From positions 47,680,001 to 47,744,000 of the forward strand of contig OZ076413.1 in NCBI GenBank assembly GCA_964187785.1: a stretch of 64,000 nt of DNA. The letters run 5' to 3'. The notes below the pieces were generated by a model. It ran no database searches. It was given only the letters and a program-made list of their open reading frames with translations, and was not told the DNA's origin. The position numbers and the translations under genes were made by a program. How positions within the stretch are numbered: the stretch's first letter is position 1; each line of letters starts with the position of its first letter. This stretch comes from Amphiscolops sp. MND2022. Taxonomy: Eukaryota. This document shows positions 11,888 through 24,789 of this stretch, piece after piece.

Positions 11888-11898
11888 ATAAGGTATAA
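11338..11898 (+). CDS. Gag N-terminal segment carried in the LTR; runs off the LTR end at 11887
   Basis: MPSTRRQKAKARRSREMDML...NPIERELA matches MPSTRKQKARRSKGMDML...NPIERELA at 52841 (-), which there precedes a PBS and gag core. Confidence 0.75.
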   Translation: MPSTRRQKAKARRSREMDMLSDYDNLDVMLGNENNNPIERELAEAIDQSSAHGDADTNVYHENEFRDYLHENEPLRQNEVRQSFEAFSSEFNLRLSQEMESMVSIMHSQINRAITTAIAERIIPEIQNIANSMSSMGHRDTEASSSPNSQENRESAPGPKIKIAKKDSRSVGDLRDTMGHGSYNKV

Positions 11899-12689
11899 CG
11901 TCTTCATGCACTAAACCTGTATTAACAAGAACGCTGTTTTATTTCCCTTTTTATTCTAACGCCCATTTTAGTTCGGGTCACAATTTAGTTTCAACGTGAA
12001 AAGAAAAAACTTTTGTTTGTAGCTAAAATCTCAATTTTTGAATTATCTATATAAGGCTACCTCCGGTCTGGAAATAACTGGATGAAAATGTTCCAAGGCC
12101 CCAATTCGATCACGAGGTCTACTAATGACGTCAAAAACGCAAAACTAGCCATACCTGGGTAATTACCTGAACATTAATGCTCTTCACTGTGACATTAAGT
12201 GTTTCAATTTGTCTAATAGGTCTGATTTAAATAGAGAAAATAGCCATTCCAAGCAATTAAACATCTGACAGTCTAAATGTGAATTTCGGTTCAATTTTAA
12301 ACTTAAGTGAATGATGCATTTGATACATGACGTCATTAGGAAAGCCTTTAGTAATTCGGACATCTCAAATTTATAAAGTATAGACAAATATAGAAAGCAA
12401 TTTGATGATATGACATGAATGCACCGCATTTGAAAATAAAGAATGAACGTGAATATTTTTACAGAACTATCTCACGGTTCAGAATTGTGCATGAAAAAAC
12501 GAACAATAGATAAAACTATTCAGTTTTAGACAATAGAAGTTCGGTTCGATACGTTTCAAGACGAAGTACTCATCCAAAATCAATATTTTTTGGCAAAATA
12601 TCTTGTCATTTTAGCCGTCCATGAAGACAATCAATGAAAACTTTCTGAGCAATCTGCTGTCTTGTCAAGAATCAAGGTTCATTAAATTG

Positions 12690-13689
12690 CCCGTACTGAC
12701 AACCCATGGTAACCCACCAGTGGCCATCGGTGGACCACCGGTGGCCACCGGTGGGGGAAAATTAGGATACATGGAGGCTTTCCCATCGGTGGCCACCGGT
12801 GGTCCACCGATGGACCATCGGTGGAAAATTCGAAAATTTCGAAAATGAAAATTTCGTTCAAAATTTCTAGAAACAGGATTTACTACACGAAATACCTTTA
12901 GACGCATCAAAGCCAAACAGAATGGGATAATTATCAGGACCGGTTCTGAATTTTCTGTAAACCCTGTTTGCAGTTTCAGATCGTGTCCGAAAAACATTTT
13001 CCACTGGTTATCCAGTGAGTTTAGATCTTATTCCAGTGATTTTTTTGGGTGATTTCAGAGTTTGACTTTTTTCTGTAATTTTAGATTTAAACCAATGGTT
13101 TTTATGGTGATTTTTTATCTTATTCCACTGGTTTTTTATGGTGATTTTAGATCCTATTTTAGTAGTTTTCTCAGCGATTTCAGATCTTATTCCAGCGTTT
13201 TTTTTTCTGTAATTTTAGACCTAAACCAGTGGTTTTTCAGTGATTTTAGATCTCATTCCAGTGTTTTTTCGGTACTTTTAGATCTTTTTCCAGTGGTTAT
13301 CCAGTGAGTTAAGATCTTATTCCAGTGGTTTTTTCAGTAGTTTTAGATGTTATTCTGGTGTTTTTTCGGTGATGTTAGATCTTATTCCAGTGGTTTTCCC
13401 AGTAATTTGAAATCTTTTTCCGATTTGTTTTAGTTATTTTAGATTTTGACAGTTTTAAAAGGATACCACAAAATTTATTCGTGTGGGTTTTTTCACTGAC
13501 CCATTTGTGGTGGCCACCGGTGGACCACCGGTGGCCACCGGTGGGCCTACATTTTTACCCACCGGTGGCCACCGGTGGTCCACCGGTGGCCACCACAAAA
13601 TGGGTTACGGCCACCATGGTGGCCACCGGTGGGGCTGCGATGGGAATTGCGGTGGCCACCGGTGGGTTACCATGGGTTGTCAGTACGGG
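12690..13689. mobile_element. Non-autonomous TIR DNA transposon (MITE-like, possibly CMC/CACTA type), 1000 bp
   Basis: 29-bp TIR CCCGTACTGACAACCCATGGTAACCCACC at 12690, inverted copy ending 13689; subterminal GGTGGCCACC arrays; TG on both flanks (possible 2-bp TSD). Confidence 0.85.
13005..13445. repeat. Degenerate ~32-bp tandem array inside the MITE
   Basis: Head-to-tail units like TTTAGATCTTATTCCAGTGGTTTTTTCAGTGA. Confidence 0.8.
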
Positions 13690-14110
13690 TGACGTGATCG
13701 ATTTTCAAAGGCTATCGATTATTCAATGTTCCAAGATGTTTTTTCTTCATGCGTTAGTGAGAAAAAGTTTGACCAAATAGCTTGAACAAACTGAACCCAC
13801 GTTTTATTGAAACAGCATGGTCTAGACCAATACTATAAGTCAACATAGTCAAAGTTTTCACTTAAAAGTTTCAGTTTTATAGCTATACCCTTGATACTAT
13901 TGATTACAAAAGGCGCAATGACACTGTGATAATTTTCGTATTTGTTACAGCAGAAAATTTCCAAGGGGGGCCTTTCAGAGTAAAGAGAGATTTTACCCAA
14001 TTTGTCGCAACTCACAAAATTGAAAAAATCATATTGTACTACAATATATCCTTTCTTTGGTGTAAAGTAGTCAAGCTTTGATCACTTCCCCGTTTTCAGT
14101 GACTGATATT

Positions 14111-14217
14111 TCTAAGTACTCGAAAAGTGAATTCTAGTCAAACATTGACTAATTTACGTGGTAGATAGCTCTAAGTACTCAAAAAGTGAATTCTAGTCGA
14201 ACATTGACTAATTTACG
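14111..14217. repeat. Direct repeat, 2 x 48 bp, period 59
   Basis: TCTAAGTACTC(G/A)AAAAGTGAATTCTAGTC(A/G)AACATTGACTAATTTACG at 14111 and 14170. Confidence 0.85.
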
Positions 14218-15089
14218 CTTTATACAAGTTACGGAATTGAGCCAATTGTAGGTTGAAATTCTTGACTGGTTTCCACTTTTCTCTAATTACGCTCAATGAC
14301 CACAATCCGCAATTTCTCATTACACTGTACATCAAAATTCACGATGAACACATTGCACTGCTTGACTAGAATACGGTTCCTTCTCGTTTCACGGAAAATA
14401 CACATTACACTTGATGATAACTTCCACTTTTGCGGCATATGTATCGTAATGTAACTTTTTATTCAAAAAATTTTAGTTCGACAAAAATTGCACACTGCTA
14501 AATTACCCAAAAGTGTGACACCACGCGTATTAGAAACGGAAAACAATTTTAAAAAACAGGAACACAGAACCCCTATTAAACGAAAAAATTTAAAATCGTG
14601 AAAAGTCACACAGAGCCGATGAAGGCCCTTTTCTCGATTCTCTCATCAGTCCCACAGAGGTCATCTCAAACCAAAGAGGTCGCCCTGAAGGTACGGAAAA
14701 CAATTTTTCTTATCAGAAAACCTCCAAAAGGTGTGGGAAAAACTTTCTTTTCGAAAAAGAAATTCAAAAGTGTTTTTACAAAAATCTGTCACAGAGTCGA
14801 AAATCCCTAAGGGGGTCTCTATGCTCACAAAAACCTTTGCTTCTACCTAAAATTAAATGGGGGCTTCGGTTTGGAAGAAAAAGGTTGCATTGTACCTAAG
14901 AAATCTGAAGTTTTAGAAACTATGGCTGAAACTGAGAATTTTTCTGAAACTTAAGAATACAAAAAAAGAAGTTGTACAATCAAACTTTTTGAGGAAGTAA
15001 TTTTTTTTCTGGTCTCAAATGTTTCAACAATGCTTTTTCGTTTGACTGTAATAACCTTGAGTGGAGTCGGCTCCGGCTATTATTCCATA

Positions 15090-17364
15090 CCCAGGTTGAC
15101 CAAACATACTCACCATGCTATGATCATAGTATGATCAAACTATGATCATGGTCATTCCGTGATCATGATCATGCCATGACCGTACCATGGCGACCATGTT
15201 TCATAGTAAGATCATACTATGGTCATCATATTTCATAGTATGATCCATCATGTTTATTAGTATGAACATAGCGTGATCATAGTATGAGGAACGATTGAAA
15301 ATCGAGATGCCGTACATGGCAACCTCCTGTAAACAAAGTTCAGAAAATGGTTACCGAGTCCTTATGCTGTATTTGTAAGGAGGCACTCAGCTCGTGAGAT
15401 TTATAGTATCCCACATGACGAGATCCACAATGAGAACGTGGCCTCTGTTGGGTCTCAATCCACATGAATATCATAAAAAACTGAATTCCTGACTGGAAAA
15501 AGATCTAAGAATAGGCCAATTTAGATGCTAAAAAATGGTAATCAACTGTTGAAAAACCAGGAAATCAGATCTGAACCTGGGTCAATTTGTCAATTTAATC
15601 TAAAAACGAAAACAATGGGAAGACAGCGAAAAAGAAGAAGGTAATTTTCACAATTCCGCGGGGTGGACGCCGAATACGCAGTTCTGCTTTTCGAAGTCGG
15701 CGCCCTTTCGGATATTATCTCCCCATAGCAAGCTATGGTACCATATTTGCAACCAAGTGGTCAAGCAATGGTGAAATGGTGAGCTTGAAGCTGTGGTTTC
15801 AAAGCGACTTGCTCAAGGTCACAAAGGTCTGACTGCTCACTGTTGCTCTTTTTATTTTGCTTTTCTCCAACAAAGACGTTATTTGTTGTCATTGACCATA
15901 CCACTAAGCTAGGGATGAAGGACTTGCTCAAGGCCCAATAATGGTGAGTTGAGAGAGATTCGAACCTGATACCGCCCCTCTACAGGCCGAATTCTCTAAC
16001 CACTACGCCATGCTCCCCTCAGTAGGCCATGCTCCCCTTGTAAAGAGTATCAAAATTATGCACAATTTCCTTTATATATTGAGAAAAAAGTTGAAACTTG
16101 GGCAAAATAGATACTAATTTATCGAAATTACCTGTTGAAGGAGAAATCAGCCGTAGAATCTGGGTCAATTTGGTTTTTGAATGAGATCTTAAACTTGGGC
16201 AAATAAGCTGCTAAATTAGGAAAATCAGCTACCGAAATAGTAATCAGATTTACATTCTGGGTCAATTTGATCTGAAAACGAAAACTTTGGTAGCGGGGGA
16301 ATAAGATCTAAAGAGAATATGATCTAAAATCACTAAATCATTTAAAAGAGTATCTGAATTATGTACAATTTTGTCTCTAAAGTGAAAATATCTAGAATTT
16401 GGGCAAAATAAAACTCTTATCATCTAAATTAAGCGCATTTTCTATCTTGAAAACCTGAAGTTCGTTCCTAGTATCCAAACAAATCCCAAAAACTCCTACC
16501 TATCCCTGCGGCTTCAAGAAACGCAGTGCCGAAAAGCGTCCTTAATGCTACCCGGGCCATTGTGGTAACCCTAGATATTCCAAAACAAAAAAACAAACCG
16601 GGGACAATAACGAAAGTCTAAGGAATAAGATCTAAGGAAATTTCGTAACTAAGATCTAAAGAACTAAGATTTAAAAAGCATGCACCGTAACTAAGGTCTA
16701 AAATGGACAAGGATGACGTCTGAGGAATATTGTTGGGTCATATACGGTGTATGCACGCTCGTCCTCATCGTCGCAAAGACCAGCTCCCACTACGGTCGCT
16801 TCGCGATCTCCGTTCCCACCAGGTCTTTGCTCCTGTTTGACCGCACTCAGCAAGATGGGAACATAAGCGACCCCAAAGTGCCGCGGGACACTAGAGGAAA
16901 TGGGGACATATCCGAGGCACGTTTTATACTTCAAATCATTTCCAAATCGGGAAAAAACACCTGAAAACGGGAATAATGTGTAAAATTTTGACCTTAGTTA
17001 CGATTCGGGAGCTGGCATTCTCTAGAGTTTAGTTGCGAAAAATGACCTTTAGAGCTTAGTTCTTTAGATCTTAGTTCCAGAACTGCGTTTCAATCTTTTT
17101 TCTTAGATCGTAGTTTGTGCCCACAAACAAGCCAATGAGTCACTTTTTGATGTATTTCAAATTTCAAATTTTTCCGCTAAGAGGACTTCGAATTTTTGAA
17201 AATTTTGGAACATGCCATGTGGTCACTCATACTATGACCATATTCGTTGCCATGCTAGTCATAATATGACCATACTATGACCATATTATGATGACCAATT
17301 TCCACCATGATCATACTACGACATAGTATTATTCACCAGTTCTGAGGATGGGGGTCAACCTGGA
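15090..17364. mobile_element. Degenerate non-autonomous TIR element with ATGATCAT/ATGACCAT subterminal arrays
   Basis: CCCAGGTTGACC at 15090 and GGTCAACCTGG at 17353-17363; matching short-repeat arrays inside each end (15115-15285, 17210-17330); recurrent AGATCTAA motifs internally. Confidence 0.55.
15790..16018 (-). mobile_element. tRNA-derived SINE fragment
   Basis: Minus strand: A box TGGCGTAGTGG, B box GGTTCGAATC, then a CCTTGAGCAAG core motif (twice); cloverleaf stems pair poorly; 3' end approximate. Confidence 0.7.
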
Positions 17365-18052
17365 CAGGTTTCGATTGCAACCCAAGATGAGACTTAACGT
17401 TAGGGAGATGTCGTTTTTTCTGATTTGGGGATTCTGTAAACTCCGATAATTGAAGGCAGAACCAAGCTCATTAATTGTTTTTATCAATTCCGTTGTTGAC
17501 GTTAATCAATTCCGTCTCAATTGCATTTGGTATTCCTTCCAAAAATTTTCTCCACCTGGCTCTGCAATAGTCCAGTAGCAGATATATTAGATGTATCCGA
17601 ATCCGGCACAAAACTAAGTTCAAAAACGTACATTAAAAGAAGTAAATTCATTTTCTGTTTTCTTACTGTAGTTACTTACGATCTGCGTTTCTGCGGAAAC
17701 TCTGAATTTCAGAGAGCGAGAAACGTCGATTGATTGGTCTTTTGAAGAAAATGTCACTCATTAAGTTTTGTTCGGAAAACTTTTCGAATGCTGCACTTTA
17801 CTGTACATCCCATACCTCCCATAACTTGAACAATATTTTTTAAAATGTCTTTCTTCATTTACATGATGAAACGATGAAACGGATGCTTTTGAATGACTGA
17901 ATTGATGCACGGTAATGCGGAGTAGCGTCGAGTCTTTTTTACGGTGGTACTATAATTTGTATTCATTTATAAAGAGAATAAAACGCTTCTCTTTATATTA
18001 ATCAGGCTTGCGAACTTCATGCAAATTTCCCATTAAAATCTTCCAAAGCTAA

Positions 18053-19764
18053 TGTGATAATTCTCTACGTCTGATTCTTCATCCGAATGTATTGTTATGT
18101 CTACGTCAGACTCATTTTGGAACAATGGTCTTGCAGGATGTTTTAAGTCCTTCATTTCCGAAGCCCTAAGAGGATAATTTTCAGAATCTGAGTTTTCGTT
18201 GTTAGATGCGCGAACTCCTATAGACGGGTCTATTCTGGATCCCGAAGGTTGTGGCTCTTGTATCTCATTTACATCTGACCTTGGGTTTGTCACTGTCGAA
18301 GCACTCCTGTTGTGCTTTATATCTTTCAGAATTGCTTCTAGCTTGTTATCCATTTCTTCTCTCATTTTCTCTATTTTTTCAGTATTTTTCCGTTCAACAA
18401 TATGTGTCCAAACTTGTATTTCATCACTAATTTGACTGGGTTCTCTTTGTTGATTTTCTAAGTTAGGTTCACCTCAATTTTCTTGAACATTCAGGTTAGA
18501 GTTTGTTAAAGTCATATTACCTGTTTCTGGAGAAACAACTCTAGTTTCGTTAACTTCTCTATCGGGTGAAGGAATTGCTAGTCTACTCGACCTTCGGTTT
18601 CTCTTATTTCCCATTTCGCTCAGTGGGAAACAAGTTATGCTTGTGTGGGAAAAATTTGAATTATGTTTTCAATTGAAAATCAAAAGCTGAGAAGGACAAT
18701 GAAAATTTGAAGAAAAGTTTACAGAAACAAGAAGAAAAGTATCAACTGCTCGTGGTAGAGGTTATTTTCGTTGTGTCTCTCTAGATCTTCATTTCAAAAT
18801 TATAGAAACACGACAACCACTTTTACGAACATCATAAAAAACGTGGAGATTTAAAAATATATTAACGTCATCTTTGCATCATCCTATTTATAGCACCCCC
18901 ATAGAATCACAAATATGATTGAATGGTCCAGGGCTCTTAGAAAGACTCCGAAAAACAACATAATAAACAATACAAATGCATTAGAATAAGACAAAACTAC
19001 ATGACACTCATTTATCGCACTTTTATCAAAAATTGCATGACACCGCATATGCTGTGAATCTCTTACCGTAGGTTAGCGTATAATGCAACTGAGCATCGTG
19101 ATCAAGAACAAACAATAACGTGTATACACTATAGTTCAACTCTCAACTCGTATGTTAATGCATTATATTTCTCTAAAAAACGTATACTAACGTATACACA
19201 TCATTATTCAAACAGTTTGATGACGTATGGTGAATTCTGTGAAAAGCGCATGTTGCCGTATATACTGTTTATCCAAAATCACATGTTATCGCATATTCTG
19301 ATCATCCTAAAACGTATATTTCTGCATATTCAAAAAACGTATAGTTACGCATGTTCGAAGAACATTTTACGCACAATGACGTATACTCGTGAGATCATTT
19401 TATGTATGATGACGCATTTTTGGTATTTGAAAACGCTCATTGACGCTTACTCGTTGACCTAATTGTAGTATGATTACGTATAATGGGAAATCAAAAATCA
19501 CAAATTGATCATACTTATGAAATCTTTCTGCACATGTTACGTTTATGAATAAGATTCAAATAAGTCAAGCAGCTTTAAAGGACCAAGAAAAACAATTCAA
19601 AGGGAAATTCATCAATAAGAACAAACAAATAATTTACATGACAAGGCAAAAATATCATCAGAATGAGTTTTAATGTGGTTTAAAGTGTTTATTTACTGAG
19701 TTTCTTCGGGCGTTCCTTTCTCACAATTGCACTACGGAACCATCGCATCTCGAGGGATGCGACA
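18053..19764 (-). mobile_element. Solo LTR (~1.7 kb) with decayed Gag N-terminal ORF at its 3' end
   Basis: Minus strand TGTCGCA...TATCACA; flanks GCTAA/GCTAG (5-bp TSD with 1 mismatch); ATG at 18614 (MGNKRNRRSSRL) with an in-frame stop; ORF 18033..18365 runs off the LTR end. Confidence 0.6.
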
Positions 19765-20449
19765 GCTAGTTTGGTGGTTTAATGCTTCTATGAAGTCAGT
19801 AGATGGTTCAAAGTCAGAACCAAGAAATTACCGCAAAAAACGTTTTAAAAATTTGAGCCATCATTGAAAGGCAAATGGATCAAAGTTCAATTGTCATATG
19901 AAAATTTTCGTATCTTTGGCTAGTGGCCAAAATGGTGATATCCACCTTGGTTGAAAAGAGTTTAGCTAGAAACTTTTAAAAGAAAGTTTTGCAACATCAT
20001 TCTTATACTGAAATCAGTCTTATAAGGAACTATTTCTCTCGCAAGATCTCGGAAAAAAGGTTTCCTTGTAAGATTGTTGCAAGGAATGTCCTCACTTGCA
20101 AGATCTGTCAAGGAATGTACATGTAGCAATGATCTCGCAAGTGCTTTGAAAAGATTTATACTATTTGATAGCTTTGGATCTGAGAATAATCTCTTGTTCT
20201 TTGGTCTTTTGTGTTCCTACGTTTTCTTTTCGTTTAAATCATGTAGTGTGAGCTCCTCAAAACGACGTTAATACACAAAAAAACTGACATAAAAAGGTAC
20301 ACAAACTGATTGTCAGATATGCTCAAAAACAAACAGATGAACTCTGAAGTCATTTTTCGATATTTTTCGATATTATTTCATAATTATTCAAAATCTCCGT
20401 AAAGTTGTTTGTCTGGAGTTGTTAGTTTCAAGAAGGAAATTCCCTCTTT

Positions 20450-20654
20450 TCAGAACACGTTGTTTTTCTTTCTTTTGATGACATCATTGTTGCTGACGTC
20501 ATAGCAAGCGGTCTGTGGGTCCATGTTAACTTTGTCCTGAATGATATCCAAGAATATGTCCAAATCACACTTGAGCGCATTACAGCCAGGAATCATTAGA
20601 GGCTCCTGCATTTGACCTTGTGTCGTGTTTTTGAATAGCAGTTGTACTTGGTAG
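20450..20654 (-). CDS. Histidine acid phosphatase, last coding exon
   Basis: TTCCAG acceptor; YQVQLLFKNTT...PLMIPGC...C..DIF...DPQTAC resembles the ACPP/ACP2 C-terminus; TGA at 20450; no transmembrane tail. Confidence 0.85.
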
Positions 20655-20906
20655 CTGGAACAAATTAAAATCAATTTCATTGAAATTCAGTGAATTTTGC
20701 ACAGTTTTGATTGAGAGCGTTTTGAACTTTAACTGAAATGTTTCAGTTTCATTTGAACAGCGTTTCATTACTGTCGCTGTTACAACTGTCTCAATTAACA
20801 GCGAAACCTTTACACGGGAGAAGCTAACAATCTCAAAACTTGACTAGAAGTGTAATTTGTTTGGACGTAAACCAATTTTCTGGCTGATTGTTCATGGTCA
20901 TGGCCA

Positions 20907-20988
20907 TGAAGCATTGCTGTAAAATTTCGAACAGTGGTGTCTAACTGCAGTTAGACACCACTGTTCAAAATTTTACAGCAATGCTTCA
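20907..20988. repeat. 82-bp loopless palindrome in the last phosphatase intron
   Basis: 41-bp arms centred on CTGCAG, one mismatch. Confidence 0.95.
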
Positions 20989-21011
20989 AACCCGTATAAA
21001 AGGACAATTAC

Positions 21012-21121
21012 TTCTCTTCCGGTGTCTGATACAATTCCAAGAATGCACAGGATGCATACGGGGGGTTCGGGCCGACAGGTTGGTCCAAGTTGCCCAGAAA
21101 TCCAATAACTGTAGTGTCATG
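21012..21121 (-). CDS. Histidine acid phosphatase exon (HD motif)
   Basis: TTTCAG|HDTTVIGFLGNL...PPYASCAFLELY...|GTAATT; phase 0 in, phase 2 out. Confidence 0.92.
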
Positions 21122-21344
21122 CTGAAATGAGATCAGAGAGTTATCGGCCTCAAATATGGAACAAGAGCGATTACTCATTTTTTTCTTCTCGGAAAATGGT
21201 GTGTCCGCTTTTGCAGATCAATTTAATAACAACACATATGAAAACAAAGATATTTTAAATTCGGTAAAGTATTGGGCATTTTTAAAACAAACTTTGATCA
21301 ATGGGAAAAGTACTGATAAAAAAAACACATTTAGACCCACTTAC

Positions 21345-21427
21345 AGCTGAGTAGAAAATGAATTTTTGAGTCAAGTTGTTGGCTTTTTTGTTGATAATGT
21401 TTTCCAGCATCAGTCCCAGAAGAGGCC
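21345..21427 (-). CDS. Histidine acid phosphatase exon
   Basis: TTTCAG|(G)PLLGLMLENIINKKANNLTQKFIFYSA|GTAAGT; joins in frame to HDTT. Confidence 0.9.
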
Positions 21428-21733
21428 CTGAAATGCATTGAATCGGGAACTGATGAACATCCAGCAACTTCAAGATTAAATCATAAAAGATTTCAAAATC
21501 TGATTTCATGCACTTTTGCGTCGTACAAAGATATTGTAGGTTTAAAAACCTATAGGAACTCTATGGTTCTCGAATACAAAACAATTTTGGGTGTCCTTCA
21601 CTGTTTCATTGGCGGGAACAATAATCTCCAGCGTCCAAAGGGAAATTCGAATGATTTTATATCCATTTAATCGTTTTGTATTCAGCTAAGTATATGTATC
21701 AATTCGTTTGAAACGTTCTTAATCGCCGCTTAC

Positions 21734-21863
21734 CGCCTCCTCTGTATAAGAAGTTGATCCGTTGGTCCGTGAATTCGAATCTTAAGTCGGTGTTCACGAT
21801 GTTATGCATTCGAATGTACACGTCATCAGTGAGCCAGGAAGGAATTGTGAAGTTGTGAGCTTT
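21734..21863 (-). CDS. Histidine acid phosphatase exon
   Basis: TTGTAG|KAHNFTIPSWLTDDVYIRM...FLYRGG|GTAAGC; HNFTxPSW is typical of prostatic-type acid phosphatases. Confidence 0.9.
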
Positions 21864-22964
21864 CTACAAAATATTCAAGACATTAGTAGAACGTACACTT
21901 ACAAAAAGTATACGTCTTCACTATCTGATCTCCTTAAGGTATCCAGGAAGTAGTAAGACATAAAACACAACTTTTTGAATTGTCGATGAAGCTTTAAAGA
22001 AATAGGCTACCCATGTAAGTACCGCTTATCGAACAGCACTTGAAAGTGAAGCAGTTCTCGACGAGTTTGAAGCTTAATTGCAATTTAATGGCGGTGAAAA
22101 TGATAACATCGTAGTTGCATTTAAAAAAGACGGAAACGTCAAAAGTCGGCGCTATAACTAAGACTCAAAAAGCGCCGTTTTCAAAATAAAATATGCATAG
22201 GACGTTTTAATGGAAAACGCCTGTTTTCGGATCTCCGTCTCCTCCTTAATAAAACGCAATATAGTTCGGATATAACGTCAAGCGTTCGGACGTAGCGCTT
22301 CACTTCGCATATTAAGTCAGAAGTTCGGATAGTGTTGAACCAAAATTATTGGATATATATTGACAAAACCTAATATCAGACAAAAAACAGAATTTTGAAA
22401 CGGTCTCATAGTGCCGAAAAAAGTCGAAGGCAGTGACCCTTTAGTCTTGTCTGGTTTTGTAGGTTACGTTTAAAAAGTAAAAAAAATGAAAGAGGGGACT
22501 CTCTGCACTAAGTTTCAGTTGTTTTACTAGTTTCTGTAAAAAGTGGTTCTTTCAGTGTGAGGTCTGTGGTCTGGAGAAAAAAGAAAAAAAAGAACAAAAA
22601 GGATCACTGTGAGAGTCGTGCTTCACCGTGACAAAAAAAAACAAATGTTTCTCAAAGAAACGTGCAAAAGTTCCAAGCCCATTTTTGCCGCCAAATTTAG
22701 GACGATGCCGCTAGCAGCTTCAAAAAAAGACTAATTGAAGAGAGAAATATTAACGCATGAAAATGTCTCTGAAGTTTGATGAATCATTTTGAATGTCGTT
22801 GGCATTTTTCAGAATTTAACACTAAGCAGTTTGAACACGGGTGACTACTTGACTGTAATAACTAAACTCCAGCAATCACGTATGTGAAAACACGGTTATA
22901 GGGAATCACTTTGCAAGGTTCCTTTTATTAAAACTTTTCAAGTAAGTAAAATGAAAACAATCCA

Positions 22965-23355
22965 TGCCCTGGTTGAAACTGTTTGAACTTTTTACAAGTT
23001 TTTTTACATTTTTTCATGATTTTATAAAATTCTCAAGGAGACTTCCATGCATTAAAACTTCACTGATTCAATTTAATTTTATCAAGCTGCCTTAAAGATG
23101 CATCCCAAAATTGGCGGCAATTGCCAGCCGCGACGTTTTGCAGGTTTCATCAAGCAGCGGCTCTAATTTTAAAAGCAGCTAAGACCTTCATCAATTTTAC
23201 CGCGCTTTCAAACAAACTTCAGTCACCTTATAAGTTTCAAAGTAGCGTCATATTCAGCGTGCTATTTGATTAACGGTGATCACTTAGGTACTTACTTGAG
23301 AAACTTACGCGCAAAAACAAAATGATCGCGGCAGTGAAGAAGTGGAAATGTTTTC
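22965..23355 (+). repeat. Interspersed repeat; second copy at ~53905-54305
   Basis: Shared blocks TTTTATCAAGCTGC, TTGGCGGCA, TAGCGTCAT.TTCAGCGT.CTATTTGA and AGAAGTGG(G)AAAT. Confidence 0.7.
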
Positions 23356-23789
23356 AGTTTCAACTGAAATAGTGGAAGCTGCATTGTAATCCTATAAAAT
23401 TTCTCCATGCGTGCTCTGAGTATTTTCTATGTTTATCAAAAATTTAGAATGCTTGCATGGATGCAACATGGAAAACTTTCCGGCAGCTTCAACTAGGGTG
23501 AGATTCAACTTCTGAGAAGGTCACACTTCGATCATGATCACACATCACACAAAATTATTACTTCGTGAATAGCTTAAATTGCCAAAAAGAAGAACGCTTG
23601 AAACAAATTCTGAAATCGGAAAAATTGATGACGCACATGAGGGTGAAAAAGCAATACTGAGATACCTGAAACACTGGCATGAGCTATAAACGTACTGGGA
23701 ACTATGTTGAGCGAGGGAGACCTCAAGGACTTGGTGGCGGACCTCAAGATAAATGAAACGATTAAGCGGTAAGTTATACAAACATTATC

Positions 23790-24480
23790 TGCGAGGGATT
23801 CATTTTCTCTGATAAAGCTTCAGAAGGATTTGAAAATCAAAGTCTCCAGAGAGATATCAATGAAATTCACCGAAAATGAATACGTGAATTGTGTCAAAGC
23901 TTCAGCCCTAACTGTGAGCCAACGCCTTCAGTGGACCAAATGTTCTATGAACAAGATAACTGGCAGCGAGTTGGATATGAAGAAAAACATTCATGGTTGG
24001 AAAACGCTTTTCGTTGGATGGTTACACTAGATAATATTGGACTTAAGATTTTAAAGCTAGACAATTTTATGTGAAAAAGTTACAAAAGGTGTTTTTCAAT
24101 GGGCGGGGATTGGTTACAGTGGTATCACATCAATACACATTTGCGGTAGTCAATTAACTCGAAATTATATCAAAGAGTTTTAACTGAATGCTTTCTATTA
24201 CCCTTTCCACCAGTCCGAGTATATACTCATGCAAGATGATGCTACTCCACACGCGTCTGCTTCAACGCGAAGGTTCTAAAAACGACATGACGTCCGTCAT
24301 CTCTAGTGGCCTGCATGCTCACAGTATTACAACCCGATTGGGAGTTTTTGGGGCATTCTTGTTCAAAGTGTTCATTCTGGTGGCAAATGCCAGGACAATG
24401 TTAAAGAACCAGAAGACGCTGTAATCACAGTTTGGGACAGTCTGGAAATTGAAGAGGTGCAAAAATATTTCTTGTTTTTT
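23790..24480 (+). pseudogene. Decayed Tc1/mariner transposase remnant
   Basis: FIFSDKA near 23800; from ~24220 ILMQDDATPH...*WPACSQYYNPIGSFWG...VWDSL resembles QQDNAP.H...WP..SPDLNPIENLWG; in-frame stops. Confidence 0.75.
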
Positions 24481-24789
24481 TCCAAAGATATTTGTGGAAG
24501 TTATCGCTTCGAGCAGCCTATTAGGTTGGAACGTCGGAGGATATCTTTTTTTCTTCTTTCATATACAAGGGTGTAACCAAATGACTTTCGAAAAAATTTG
24601 AACTTTCAAAACAAATGAACGAGATTGTCAATGTTTCTTTCTGACCGGAAGTTCAATACAGTCCGTCAGGCGGTATAATCGGAGTTGAAGTGAATCCTTC
24701 TGAGGAATCAAATTTCATGATCTGTTCTCACTTTTCGTTTGTCTGCGTATTGTTCCATATTGGATTATTACGAGAAACCTATTGTTCAC

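Noticed and set aside
13005..13445. ~32-bp periodic repeats resembling a CRISPR array
   Set aside because: Degenerate head-to-tail units without unique spacers, inside a MITE in eukaryotic DNA; no cas genes.
12621..13780. PPVATGG-repeat ORFs
   Set aside because: Translations of the GGTGGCCACC DNA repeats on both strands.
15942..16018. tRNA gene on the minus strand ending CACCA
   Set aside because: A and B boxes are present, but acceptor and T stems pair poorly and a SINE-type body follows.
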